DNA from: Candidatus Cloacimonadota bacterium
GTDB lineage: Bacteria; Cloacimonadota; Cloacimonadia; Cloacimonadales; WRIO01
Direction of reading: 5' to 3'
Assembly (NCBI GenBank): GCA_029564175.1
Contig: JAKQQL010000124.1
Span: forward strand, 1-26,541
DNA length: 26,541 nucleotides
The position numbers and the translations under genes are program-made. Positions 1 to 9,664 of the stretch are shown here, piece after piece; position 1 is the stretch's first letter; each line of letters opens with the position of its first letter. The notes under the pieces were generated by a model. It searched no databases, had not been told where the DNA came from, and saw only the letters and a list, made by a program, of their open reading frames with translations.

Positions 1-1269
1 TTGACAATATTTTAGGTAATTGTAAAATGACTTTAATAAAAAAACACATAAAGAGGTCTCCAATGTCAGGTAGTTTTATAGATGCAGAAATAGATAATAT
101 AGTTGATAAATTCCCAGATGAACCCGTGATAAAAGCTCTCAAAATATTAAACTGGTCAAGGATTATTAAAATTTCAAACAAAGTAAAGTTATCAAACATA
201 GGAAGACATCGTGCTCCATATAGTCCCATTTTAATGACTAAAATATTTTTACTTCAATCAATGTTTGGATATTCTGATGTTGCAATGGAAAAACAATTAT
301 ATTTTAATCTATTGTTTATGAAATTCTGCGATCTCAGCACTACTGACAGAAAGCCAGATCATTCAACCATATCAATTTGGAGAAGTCGTTTTGTTGAAAA
401 GAAAATTCATGAAAAGCTTTTTGCTGAAATCAATAAACAATTTGAGAAGTTGGGACTTCTTTTAAAATGTGGATCCGTAATAGATGCAACCATAATTTCA
501 AGCCAGGCACGCCCAAGAAAAAGACAATTAGTAGTTAACGAGTCTCCTGAAGATAATACAAATAAAGAACAACCTACAGACTAATATTGAAAAAAATATT
601 CCAGAACAACCGATAGTATTTGATGAATCTAAAGATCCGGATGCACGATATTTAAAAAAAGGGAATAAAATTCATTATGGATATAAAATGACTACAGCAG
701 TAGATCCTACAAATGGATTAATACAAGCTGTCTTAACAACTGCTGCAAATATTCCTGATTGCAAACTTCTTGAGGATATAGTGAGTATGGTAAAATTAAA
801 AACAGGATCATTTGTCTTAGCTGATAAAGGTTATGCATCTGAGAGTAACAGAAAATTTATAAGAGAATTAAATCTTAAGGACGGGATAATGCATAAAGCT
901 GCAAAAAACAAACCATTATCAGGATTACAAAAATTGGCAAATAAAAGAATTAGTACAGTAAGATATAAAGTTGAGCAACCGTATGGGTTGATTAAAAAAA
1001 GGAATGGAGACAGAGCAAAATTTATAGGTATGATGAAAGTTTCCTTTTCAAATACTCTAAATTGTATTGTTCATAACATAATTCGAAGTTTCAAATTTGT
1101 AACTTTTGCATGATATATGGGAGAGGTGTGTCTAAATTTTGGATAGACCTCCAAAAAGAGAGTAAAAAGCATCAAAAAAGTTCAAAAACTGGCCAAAAAA
1201 CGCCGAATATGAGTAGGTAATGATATTATACCACCTTTGTTTTTTTATAATGACTAATTCAAAGCCCTC
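1..1269 (+). mobile_element. IS5-family insertion sequence, partial (left end outside the window)
   Basis: Contains the IS5-type transposase. Candidate right terminus ...TAATTCAAAGCCCTC at 1269 (revcomp GAGGGCTTTGAATTA) resembles IS5-subgroup GAG-starting inverted repeats. The exact end is inferred because the left IR is not visible. Confidence 0.7.
27..1113 (+). pseudogene. IS5-family DDE transposase split by a frameshift (ORFs 27-584 and ~535/688-1113)
   Basis: ORF1 has PDHSTISIWR and IDATII. The +1 frame is open from 535 and reads KDPDARYLKKGNKIHYGYKM, ADKGY and RYKVEQPYG, all IS5 transposase motifs. ORF1 stops at 584. Confidence 0.85.
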
Positions 1270-1347
1270 GATATTATAAGCAATCTCAATTTTTTCTCTT
1301 AAATCAGTTGTTTCATAAAACTGATTTTCAAGTGCCTGATAATCCAT
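1270..1347 (-). pseudogene. 5' stub of a host gene interrupted by the IS5 element (MDYQALENQFYETTDLREKIEIAYNI...)
   Basis: GAGGAG precedes the ATG at 1347 on the minus strand. The frame runs into the putative IS right end at 1269. Confidence 0.5.
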
Positions 1348-1548
1348 ATCTCCTCACTTTAGTATTGTATGTCATAAGCACATTTACGCTATTGTCAAAG
1401 ATGATATATATTGGCTTAAATGTCAAGTGATTTGTGATATTGTTTTTTATTTTTTCTTAATGAGATAAAAGTTCAAATAATCATTTTACTTGATAGGGAA
1501 AATGGTGCGTTTTTTGTAAAATTATGTTTAATAGTTGAAAAGGAATCA

Positions 1549-1603
1549 ATAAGGAAAGGATAAGGAAAGAATAAGGAAAGAAAAAGAAGAAAATAGAGGG
1601 AAA
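1549..1603. repeat. Purine-rich tandem repeat with 11-bp period (ATAAGGAAAGR x3 plus degenerate copies)
   Basis: ATAAGGAAAGG at 1549, ATAAGGAAAGA at 1560 and 1571, then decayed units. Confidence 0.75.
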
Positions 1604-1703
1604 AGATATTTATAGATATATTTGAATATAAAATAAATTACAGGCATGGTTTTGGTATTCAACAGATGATGAAAAACCACTTCAAAAATTGAATCTAAGT
1701 TCC

Positions 1704-1731
1704 TTGACAAAGAAGTAAACTCTTTTAGTGT
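1704..1731 (+). promoter_or_regulatory. Putative sigma-70 promoter of the YciI/sugar kinase operon
   Basis: TTGACA (1704-1709), 16-nt spacer, TAGTGT. AGGAGG RBS precedes the ATG at 1755. Confidence 0.45.
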
Positions 1732-1754
1732 TGTTTTTTATGTAAGGAGGACTT

Positions 1755-2039
1755 ATGTTTTTACTCATATCCAAATATATCAAGCCACTATCAGAAGTAG
1801 AAAAAGTACTGGAAGCCCATCGTGTATTTTTATCAAAATACTATGCCAGCGGGCATTTTATCTGTTCAGGAAGACTTAATCCCAGAACAGGCGGTTGTAT
1901 TATTTGTAAAGCCGAGAGTAAAGAAGACTGCTGTGAGATATTACAGGAAGATCCTTTTGTTTTACACAATATTTCAGAATACGAGATTATTGAAGTACAG
2001 CCTACGATGTATGCAGAAGGTTTTGAAAAGTTTATATGA
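1755..2039 (+). CDS. YciI-family protein
   Basis: 94 aa with 'EAHRVFL...GHFICSGRLNPRTGG...EDPF' YciI pattern. Strong RBS. ATGA overlap with the next gene. Confidence 0.8.
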   Translation: MFLLISKYIKPLSEVEKVLEAHRVFLSKYYASGHFICSGRLNPRTGGCIICKAESKEDCCEILQEDPFVLHNISEYEIIEVQPTMYAEGFEKFI

Positions 2040-3157
2040 AGTCAGTAAAAGTATCCACACCCAGCCGTATTTGCCTGTTTGGGGAGCATCTTGATTATCT
2101 GCATCTGGATGTAATTGCCATGGCGATTGATATCCGTTTTAGCGCTGAAATATATCCTGCAGATGATCAATGGATTAAAGTCAATATTTTCTCTGAGAAT
2201 TTTGAGAAGCCTGGTGATTTCTCTCATCAGACTTTTGCACAATCTTTTTTGCTTGACTATCCCTATGAATACACTCATCATCAGGACTTTATCAAGAGTA
2301 CCTTAAATGTGATACAAAGACATTATGGACAACTTGAAAAGGGTTTTCAGATTGATTTTTATTCTCAGGTGCCGATTGGTAAAGGGATGTCTTCTTCATC
2401 CACCCTGATTGTTGTCCTAATTAAAGCCATATTGGAAATGATAGGACACGAAGATGCCAGAGATCCTGAAAGAATAGCTTATCTGGCATATTTGGCAGAG
2501 GTTAAAGAATTCAATGCACCAGGTGGCATGATGGACCAGTATTCATCGGCATTGGGAGGTTTGCTGCATCTGGATTTTTCCGGCGAAGATGCTAAACCTT
2601 TTATGCTCAATAATCGCTTACCGGGTGTGTTTATTTTATTTGATTCTCTGCAACCAAAAGATACAATTCGAGTGCTGAGTCATGCGAAAAAGCCTGTTGT
2701 CTCAGCAATGGAAAAGTTGAAAAACAAGGGTGTTCAATCATTAAGAGATTTAAAAAAGGACTCTGATTTACCGAATGAGTTTAAAAATGAACTCAGTTAT
2801 GAAGAAATGACAAAACTACTGACTGCCATAGACAATTATTCAATACTAAACGAGGCTTTGGTACATTTTCAAGCAAAAGAAATCAACGGCACTTATCTGG
2901 GTGAACTTCTCTCCAGACATCATCGGAATCTCAGTCAGGGTCTGGGAATCTCAACACCTGAGATTGAGTCCATACTTACCACAGCAAAAGAAAACGGTGC
3001 CTGGGGTGGAAAGATCAATGGTTCAGGCGGCGGCGGATGCTGTTTTGTCTATTGTCCTGAAGAAAAAGCCATAAATATCAAAGAAGCTGTTTCAGCATTG
3101 GGATTTCCAGGCCGAATCATTCACATGGATAAGGGCGTCAGGTGTGATGAAAGCTGA
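2036..3157 (+). CDS. GHMP-family sugar kinase (galactokinase-like anomeric kinase)
   Basis: PSRICLFGEHLDY (galactokinase-like motif I), PIGKGMSSSS (ATP-binding motif II), GMMDQ, and GGKINGSGGGG (motif III). Confidence 0.88.
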   Translation: MKSVKVSTPSRICLFGEHLDYLHLDVIAMAIDIRFSAEIYPADDQWIKVNIFSENFEKPGDFSHQTFAQSFLLDYPYEYTHHQDFIKSTLNVIQRHYGQLEKGFQIDFYSQVPIGKGMSSSSTLIVVLIKAILEMIGHEDARDPERIAYLAYLAEVKEFNAPGGMMDQYSSALGGLLHLDFSGEDAKPFMLNNRLPGVFILFDSLQPKDTIRVLSHAKKPVVSAMEKLKNKGVQSLRDLKKDSDLPNEFKNELSYEEMTKLLTAIDNYSILNEALVHFQAKEINGTYLGELLSRHHRNLSQGLGISTPEIESILTTAKENGAWGGKINGSGGGGCCFVYCPEEKAINIKEAVSALGFPGRIIHMDKGVRCDES

Positions 3158-3182
3158 TTGTCATGTTTATAAAAAAGAAACG

Positions 3183-3920
3183 ATGACCAATAAACTTAAA
3201 GTGATCATTTTAGCTGCCGGTCAAGGTAGAAGACTGGGTTCAGAACAGGCAGATTGCCCGAAAGTGCTTCGTTTATTGAAAGAGAAAGCGCTTTTGGATT
3301 ATGTGCTTGATTCATTGTCTTTTATTAATTCAGATGATCGCTATCTGGTTGTCGGTTTTCAAAAAGAAAAAGTGATTGCTCATTACCAGGGGCAGGCTCA
3401 ATTCTGTGTACAGGATCGGCAATTAGGGACAGGACATGCTGTGATGAGTTGTCAGTCTGTATTAGAAAACGAAGATTGTCCGGTTATGGTGGTTTATGGG
3501 GATATGCCTTTATTCAGGCAGGAGACTTTTTTGGAAATGACAGAATCCCATTTAACAAGCCAGGCTGTATGCACAGTTATGACCGGAATATTTGATAAGA
3601 TTCCTGACTATGGCAGAATAATCCGAAACGAAAATGGAGAAATTGTCCGGGTAATAGAAGTAAGGGATTGTTCTTCTGAACAGTTGAAAATCAGTGAAGT
3701 AAATGTAGGTGTCATCATATGCAATTCAAAGCTATTATTTGAATCACTCAGTGAACTGAGAAATGATAATGCCCAAATGGAATATTATCTGACAGATTTG
3801 ACTGAGATACTGATTCAGAAAGGATTTAAAGTGAATACTTATTTATTGAAAAACACTGAGGAAGCTTTGGGGATCAATACTCTGGAAGATCTAATAAGAG
3901 CAGAAAATTTTTTAAAGTAA
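3183..3920 (+). CDS. Sugar-1-phosphate nucleotidyltransferase (GlmU N-terminal-like, no acetyltransferase domain)
   Basis: ILAAGQGRRL, PKVL, QLGTGHAV, YGDMPL, YGRIIR and NDNAQMEYYLTD. Ends where the GlmU left-handed beta-helix would begin. ATG 3183 is preferred; 3144 is the upstream alternative. Confidence 0.85.
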   Translation: MTNKLKVIILAAGQGRRLGSEQADCPKVLRLLKEKALLDYVLDSLSFINSDDRYLVVGFQKEKVIAHYQGQAQFCVQDRQLGTGHAVMSCQSVLENEDCPVMVVYGDMPLFRQETFLEMTESHLTSQAVCTVMTGIFDKIPDYGRIIRNENGEIVRVIEVRDCSSEQLKISEVNVGVIICNSKLLFESLSELRNDNAQMEYYLTDLTEILIQKGFKVNTYLLKNTEEALGINTLEDLIRAENFLK

Positions 3921-4046
3921 GGCAAACTGTCAGCTTGTGAAAAATACATGGCAAGCAGAGTGTTGTAACGCAAGCTACCAGCTTGTGTAAAATACATGGC
4001 AAGCAGGTTGCTTGCCTTACAACAACAAGCATGATACTTACCGTAC
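3917..4046. repeat. Cluster of GTAN-headed REP-like palindromes (REPIN-like)
   Basis: GTAAGGCAAACTGTCAGCTTG (3917), GTAACGCAAGCTACCAGCTTG (3965), inverted GGCAAGCAGGTTGCTTGCCTTAC (to 4020) and AACAAGCATGATACTTACCGTAC (to 4046). The spacer AAAATACATGGCAAGCAG is duplicated. Confidence 0.8.
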
Positions 4047-4071
4047 GGATAAATAGAGAAAGGTGTATAAA

Positions 4072-5316
4072 ATGAAAGTGATTACAGCTGTATTGTTGGG
4101 TGCAGGTGACAGAGGGATGGGCGCTTATGCTCCTTATTCACTGAAACATCCTGATCGTTTAAAAATGGTTGCGGTCGCAGAACCAGATACTGATAAACGA
4201 AAGAAATTTCAGGCGTTACATCAGATTGATGATGCGATGTGTTTTGAAAACTGGGAAGACCTTTTGGCTAATGATAAACTGGCAGATATTGCTTTAGTTT
4301 GTACGCAGGACAGAATGCATTTTGAACCAACCATGCAGGCGCTTGATAAGGGATATCATGTATTGCTGGAAAAACCAATGTCACCTGATTTGGCAGAATG
4401 TATTCAAATGGTGGAAAAAGCGGAAGAGAAAAGATTAATATTGTCGGTTTGTCATGTTTTAAGATATACAAAGTTTTTCCAAACGCTTAAAAAGATTATC
4501 AAAAGCGGTAAAATTGGAGAGATCATCTGTATTCAACATAATGAAAATGTAGGTTATTGGCATCAGGCGCATAGCTTTGTCAGAGGGCACTGGAGAAATA
4601 AAGCTGAATCAAATCCCATGATTTTGGCAAAATCATGTCATGATATGGATATTCTTTCCTGGTTGATTGATTCAGATTGCCGGTATATTTCCTCATTTGG
4701 TTCTTTGAAACATTTTAAGAAAGAAAATGCGCCGGAAGGAGCGCCTTTGCGTTGTCTGGATGGATGCCCTGTTGAAGATACCTGCCCCTATCATGTGGCA
4801 AAATGGTATCTTGGAGAGAATATCGGCTGGCCAACTTCAGTGATTAGTCCGGATACCTCTTATGATGCGCGTTTGAAAGCATTGAAAGAAGGGCCTTTTG
4901 GCAGATGTGTCTATCATTGTGATAACGATGTAGTAGATCATCAGGTCGTTATCGCTGAATTTGAAAATCAGGTTAGCTTTGCCTTTACTATGTGTGCTTT
5001 CAATAAAGGCGGACGCTCGATTAAAGTGATGGGTTCAAAAGGCGAAATCAGAGCGCTTATGGAGAAGAATGAGATAGAGATACTGGATTTTGAAACAGAA
5101 AACAAAGAAGTTGTTTCAGTCAGTCGCTCCGCTTCAGGTCATGGCGGTGGAGATTTTGGCATCATTTCTGATTTTGTAAAACTGGTACAGGAAAACAAAA
5201 CAGAAAGTTTAACCTCAGGCAGAAAGTCGCTTGAGAGTCATGTCATGGCTTTTGCCGCAGAAGAATCCCGAATCAGTCATCAGACTATCAACTTATCAGA
5301 GTTTGTGAAGAGATAA
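4072..5316 (+). CDS. Gfo/Idh/MocA-family NAD(P)-dependent oxidoreductase
   Basis: Rossmann LGAGDRG, HVLLEKPM, HSFVRGHW, KSCHDMD and GHGGGD. AAGGTG RBS precedes ATG 4072. Confidence 0.88.
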   Translation: MKVITAVLLGAGDRGMGAYAPYSLKHPDRLKMVAVAEPDTDKRKKFQALHQIDDAMCFENWEDLLANDKLADIALVCTQDRMHFEPTMQALDKGYHVLLEKPMSPDLAECIQMVEKAEEKRLILSVCHVLRYTKFFQTLKKIIKSGKIGEIICIQHNENVGYWHQAHSFVRGHWRNKAESNPMILAKSCHDMDILSWLIDSDCRYISSFGSLKHFKKENAPEGAPLRCLDGCPVEDTCPYHVAKWYLGENIGWPTSVISPDTSYDARLKALKEGPFGRCVYHCDNDVVDHQVVIAEFENQVSFAFTMCAFNKGGRSIKVMGSKGEIRALMEKNEIEILDFETENKEVVSVSRSASGHGGGDFGIISDFVKLVQENKTESLTSGRKSLESHVMAFAAEESRISHQTINLSEFVKR

Positions 5317-6629
5317 TGGATTTAACAAAAGGTTCAATACCTCGAATATTTATCAAATATCTGATCCCTTCGATATCCTCAATGATCGGTTTATCACTAT
5401 ATATCTTAGTAGATACGATATTTATCGGCAGAGGAATAGGCGTGGACGGTTTGACTGCTCTCAATATCTCTTTACCAGTATTTACCATGTTTTTATGCCT
5501 GGGGCATTTACTCAATATGGGAGGATCAACCGTTTATGCTGTACTGATTGGCCAAAAGAACTATAAACAGGCACAGGAAGTCTTTACACTGAGTCTGATT
5601 TCAGGTATAGTGATTGCTTTACTTTTTACATCTATCAGCTTATATTATCTGGATGAAATATGCTGGTTTCTTGGATCATCTAAGAACGTCTTTCAGATGG
5701 TCAGGGATTACAGTAAAATACTCATTGTGTTTAGTTCTGCTTTTATCATTAATTCTGTGCTTTCTGGTTTTATCCGTAATGACCATGCCCCAAAACTTTG
5801 CATGGTCGCAGGATTAAGCGGAAATTTCATGAATATCGTTTTGGATTATCTGTTTATTTTTGTCTTTCACTGGGGTATTGTGGGTGCAGTCTATGCCACA
5901 GTTTTAAGTCCTGTATTTTCTATTTTGATTTTACTGTCTCATTTCTTTAGTAAAAACAATCGGCTTAAACTGGTTATACCAACTGACTTTTTTGAAAAAC
6001 TGTATCGTATTGTTAAAAACGGATTCCCCAGTTTACTGGATTCTATTGCACCGGGTATTGTGATTTACTTTTTCAATCAGACACTGTTAAAACTCAATGG
6101 TGACTCAGGAGTGGCCGCATACAGTGTGATTGCCAATATCTCCTTTATTGGTAATGTGATGTTTATCGGAACGGCTCAGGCAATGCAACCTGTTTCCAGT
6201 CAAAACTTTGGGGCAAATCAGATGAAACGGGTGAGAAATGTGTATTTTCTGGCATTGGTAACCGCCTTGTTTTTTGCCATAATCAAAACAGGTGTGATAC
6301 TGGCATTTCCGGCAGCAATTGTAAAGATGTTCAATTCAGAAAGCACAGAACTCATTAAAATAGCCGGAAAAGGGCTGATGATCTATTTCTCAGCTATGCC
6401 ATTTGTCGCGATCAATGTGGTTAGTGTCGTCTATCTGCAATCGATTGAGAAATCATTGCCGGCATTGATGATAACGCTTTGTCGTACGATCGGTTTTATT
6501 CTGATTGGGTTAATGGTTTTACCGCGTTACTTTGGTATAACGGGCGTGTGGATGATTGTACCTCTGGCAGAGCTAACCAGTACCCTCATTGCTGTTTCCT
6601 ACATGAAATTCAAAAAAGCCTTGAGATAA
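5316..6629 (+). CDS. MATE-family transporter
   Basis: 437 aa, highly hydrophobic, with LYILVDTIFIG, MNIVLDYLFIF and QPVSSQNFGA. TAATG coupling to the upstream gene. Confidence 0.9.
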   Translation: MDLTKGSIPRIFIKYLIPSISSMIGLSLYILVDTIFIGRGIGVDGLTALNISLPVFTMFLCLGHLLNMGGSTVYAVLIGQKNYKQAQEVFTLSLISGIVIALLFTSISLYYLDEICWFLGSSKNVFQMVRDYSKILIVFSSAFIINSVLSGFIRNDHAPKLCMVAGLSGNFMNIVLDYLFIFVFHWGIVGAVYATVLSPVFSILILLSHFFSKNNRLKLVIPTDFFEKLYRIVKNGFPSLLDSIAPGIVIYFFNQTLLKLNGDSGVAAYSVIANISFIGNVMFIGTAQAMQPVSSQNFGANQMKRVRNVYFLALVTALFFAIIKTGVILAFPAAIVKMFNSESTELIKIAGKGLMIYFSAMPFVAINVVSVVYLQSIEKSLPALMITLCRTIGFILIGLMVLPRYFGITGVWMIVPLAELTSTLIAVSYMKFKKALR

Positions 6630-6641
6630 AGTATCGATAAC

Positions 6642-7979
6642 TCAATAAGGCAGATTTCGGATTTTAATGTCAAACCGGCATCCCTGATTTGGTTCAGAAT
6701 GGACATTGATATCAGCCTTTAGCTTAAAGAGGATTTGTTTAACAATACTTAAACCAATCCCATTTCCACTTTTTTTAGTCGTAAAAAAGGGGATAAAGAT
6801 ATTCTCTAAATTTTGAGAATCTATGCCTATCCCATTATCAGTCAGTTGGATAAGGGTATAATCCTGATATTGAACAGCCTTTAGCATAATCTGCTTCTCA
6901 GCGCTTTCTTTTACAGCATCCATGGCATTATTAAGCAAGTTTATCAACGCCTGTTGAAGCAGTGATTCATCTGTTAAGATGCTAATTGTTGTATCAGGCT
7001 CGATTGAAATCTGAAGATCAATCTGATGCTTTTGCAAATCAGACTGAATCATTTGATGTAGTGAGTCAAAAAGAGTTTTTACTTTAACAGAGGTGAGATG
7101 TGCTTCTGGTATTTTAACCAGATTTCTGAATGAATCAACAAATGAGATAAGCCCTGAACTCCGCTTATGAATGGTGAGAATAGCATTTTTTATATCTTCT
7201 GAAAATTCTGAGGGATGATCAGAGAAATTGATAAGAGCGGATGCGGTTGCGGATAAAGACGTTATAGGGGTAATAGAATTCATGATTTCATGGGTTAAGA
7301 CACGAATCAGCTTTTGCCAGGAACTCATTTCCTGCTCATCCATCTCGGACTTGATATCTTTAATACTGATGAGCTTTATGACTTTATCTTTAAATTGAAT
7401 GCGATTAGATTGAATACTTAGGGTTTTGCTATTCCAATCTTCTGATTTAAAGACTGTTGATCCAGACTCAGAAAGATTCAAAATATACTCATAAAGAGGG
7501 TTTGAACTTGTATTTTGTTGGGTGAGATCAGCAATATGATTGATTTTTAACAGATTCTTTGCATAAGAATTGATCAACTCAATCTTGTTTTGCTCATCAA
7601 AAGCAATGATCCCAATTTCCAGATGTTCCATAACCTGATTTAAATAATAAATTTGTTCTTCTTTTTCTGTTTTTGATTGATAAATCATTTCTTTAATTTT
7701 AACGGCATTGTTACTAATATCATTGAAATCATTACCCAATTTATGCAAATCTAGAATTATACTTGTATCAGAATGTAAGAGAGCATTCAAAAATGAACTG
7801 ACAGTGTGAACAACAGAATTGATATAGAATAAAAGATGACAGATAGTGGCGATTAGGGTTAATGCGAGCAATACTGACAGAAATAACCAATGTTTGAAGG
7901 TTATCATTAAAAGTGCAATATTAGTAGCTATTATTAGAATATGCAATAAAACCTGAAAACGGAAATTTTTAAAGTCCAT
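6642..7979 (-). CDS. Sensor histidine kinase (two N-terminal TM helices, PAS-like region, HisKA, HATPase)
   Basis: RVLTHEIMNSITPI (H-box), INLLNNAMDA, DNGIGI, FIPFFTTK and GNGIGL. Confidence 0.92.
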   Translation of the reverse strand: MDFKNFRFQVLLHILIIATNIALLMITFKHWLFLSVLLALTLIATICHLLFYINSVVHTVSSFLNALLHSDTSIILDLHKLGNDFNDISNNAVKIKEMIYQSKTEKEEQIYYLNQVMEHLEIGIIAFDEQNKIELINSYAKNLLKINHIADLTQQNTSSNPLYEYILNLSESGSTVFKSEDWNSKTLSIQSNRIQFKDKVIKLISIKDIKSEMDEQEMSSWQKLIRVLTHEIMNSITPITSLSATASALINFSDHPSEFSEDIKNAILTIHKRSSGLISFVDSFRNLVKIPEAHLTSVKVKTLFDSLHQMIQSDLQKHQIDLQISIEPDTTISILTDESLLQQALINLLNNAMDAVKESAEKQIMLKAVQYQDYTLIQLTDNGIGIDSQNLENIFIPFFTTKKSGNGIGLSIVKQILFKLKADINVHSEPNQGCRFDIKIRNLPY

Positions 7980-9360
7980 ACTTTTCCATTCTTCTGTAAA
8001 GTGCTGATCGGGTAAGACCTAATTCTTTAGCACACAAGGAGACATTAAAATGATTCTTGTTAAGGCATTCAATGATTCTGTTTTTTTTAATTTCTTCAAG
8101 AGAAAGCGTTAATGAAAGATCAGTTGCTTGAGGTGTTTGTTGTTGTGTTTGAGAAGATTGCTTCAGAAACGAAAAATCAGAAGCTCTTATCTGATCATTA
8201 TCTGCCAGGATAACAGCACGCTCAACAGAATGAATCAGCTCTCTGATATTACCAGGCCACTTGTAATTTTGTAGAAATTCAAGGGTATCTGGCATTAGAC
8301 TGAGAGACAGTTTATTATACTTCTTTTTATAACGCATCAGATAGAATTGAGATAATAGAGGAATATCAGACTTTCTTTCTCTGAGTGGTGGCAGATGAAT
8401 CTCTATCGTATTGATACGGTATAAGAGATCCTGTCTGAAACGATCTTCTTTTTGTAGTTCAACAAGAGGCAGATTTGTAGCACAAATTATGCGGATGTTA
8501 ATTGGAATCGGGTGATTTGCTCCCACTCTGACAATCTGCTGTTTCTCAATGGCAGTCAGTAATTTACTTTGCTGGGTAAGATTCAGATTACCAATTTCAT
8601 CCAGAAACAATGTACCGCCTGAGGCAGCCTGAAAACGACCCATCCTATCACTTTTGGCATCGGTAAATGAGCCTTTGCAATGACCAAACAATTCACTTTC
8701 AAACAGGCTTTCCGGGATTGAGCCCAGATCAACCGATAAAAAGGTTTCCTGTTTACGGGCAGAACATTGATAGATCGCTCTGGCGATCAGTTCTTTGCCA
8801 GTACCATTTTCTCCGGTGATCAGGACATTGGCATCTGTCGGACCTACTTTCTGAATGAGTCTGATAATCTCTTTCATGGAATCAGACTGACCAATAATTT
8901 CTGAGAAGGGATGAAAAATTTCTGCCTGCAAGACTTCCTGCTTTTCTTTTAAAAACAGGGTTTCTTTGCGTGACTGACTGATCTGGGCGGCAGAAAAAAC
9001 CGTTGCCAGCAGTTTTTCATTTTGCCAGGGTTTTAAGATGAAATCAACGGCACCTGCTTTCAATGCTTTAATGGCTTTATCCATATCGCCATAAGCGGTT
9101 AGAAAAATAACAACTGCTTCCGGTTTGATCTTCCGGATTCTTGAAAGCAGATCAAAACCCTCTTGTCCACTGATAGTATCTTTTGAGAAATTCATATCCA
9201 GCAGAATGACATCAAAGTCATCTCTCTCAATCATGTTAAGAGCCTTTTCCGGATCAGATTCTGTGATAATACTTTGAATCTGATTTTTTAACATGAGTTT
9301 TAAAGACAATAGTATATCAGCATCATCATCAATTGCTAAAACCTTAATATTCTCTTTCAT
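7969..9360 (-). CDS. Sigma-54-dependent response regulator (NtrC family: receiver, AAA+, Fis-type HTH)
   Basis: Receiver LLDMNF, Walker A GENGTGKE, ESELFGH, GSFTDA (GAFTGA-equivalent loop), LFLDEIG, WPGNIREL, and C-terminal LGLTRSALYRRM. Confidence 0.93.
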   Translation of the reverse strand: MKENIKVLAIDDDADILLSLKLMLKNQIQSIITESDPEKALNMIERDDFDVILLDMNFSKDTISGQEGFDLLSRIRKIKPEAVVIFLTAYGDMDKAIKALKAGAVDFILKPWQNEKLLATVFSAAQISQSRKETLFLKEKQEVLQAEIFHPFSEIIGQSDSMKEIIRLIQKVGPTDANVLITGENGTGKELIARAIYQCSARKQETFLSVDLGSIPESLFESELFGHCKGSFTDAKSDRMGRFQAASGGTLFLDEIGNLNLTQQSKLLTAIEKQQIVRVGANHPIPINIRIICATNLPLVELQKEDRFRQDLLYRINTIEIHLPPLRERKSDIPLLSQFYLMRYKKKYNKLSLSLMPDTLEFLQNYKWPGNIRELIHSVERAVILADNDQIRASDFSFLKQSSQTQQQTPQATDLSLTLSLEEIKKNRIIECLNKNHFNVSLCAKELGLTRSALYRRMEKYGL

Positions 9361-9375
9361 CAGACCTCCAATGTC

Positions 9376-9404
9376 ATATTAACATAAACACAATCCTATG
9401 TCAA
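9376..9404 (-). promoter_or_regulatory. Sigma-70 promoter for the regulator/kinase pair
   Basis: Minus strand reads TTGACA-N17-TAATAT with an extended TG. GGAGG RBS precedes ATG 9360. Confidence 0.6.
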
Positions 9405-9409
9405 GAAAA

Positions 9410-9446
9410 TGTCCGAAATCGGACACTTTTTTATCAAAAGCGGACA
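9410..9446. promoter_or_regulatory. Putative upstream activator sites for the NtrC-type regulator
   Basis: Perfect dyad TGTCCGA-AA-TCGGACA (9410-9425) and a half-conserved TTATCAAAAGCGGACA (9431-9446), offset by 21 bp. Confidence 0.65.
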
Positions 9447-9460
9447 GTCTGTTTGGTTTT

Positions 9461-9651
9461 GACACGGATTATGCTGATTAAAACCAAGCCATTCAATAAA
9501 CTATTTTAGTGTGAAAGGGAACTGTAGGGATTTGCGAAGCGAAGCGCCGTAAATCCCTACTATTCATTGAGATACATACATTTTATTTATAGTTAAATGT
9601 ATTGCAAAAACACCTGATTAGTTACCTGTGTTTATCCGCATAATCCGTGTC
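9461..9651. repeat. 191-bp IR-bounded element (MITE-like) with an internal GTAG hairpin
   Basis: GACACGGATTATGCTGAT (9461) versus ATCCGCATAATCCGTGTC (to 9651). Internal stem GTAGGGATTTGCG...CGTAAATCCCTAC at 9524-9560. Confidence 0.65.
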
Positions 9652-9664
9652 TAAGAAAAAGTAT

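Noticed and set aside
1273..1287. Alternative IS5 right end at ...ATAAGCAATCTC
   Set aside because: It resembles IS5-subgroup IRs less than the 1269 candidate. This cannot be settled without the left end.
2036..3157. Calling this gene galK
   Set aside because: The motifs are divergent and there is no Leloir pathway context, so the substrate is uncertain.
3144..3920. Calling this gene glmU
   Set aside because: It lacks the hexapeptide-repeat acetyltransferase domain.
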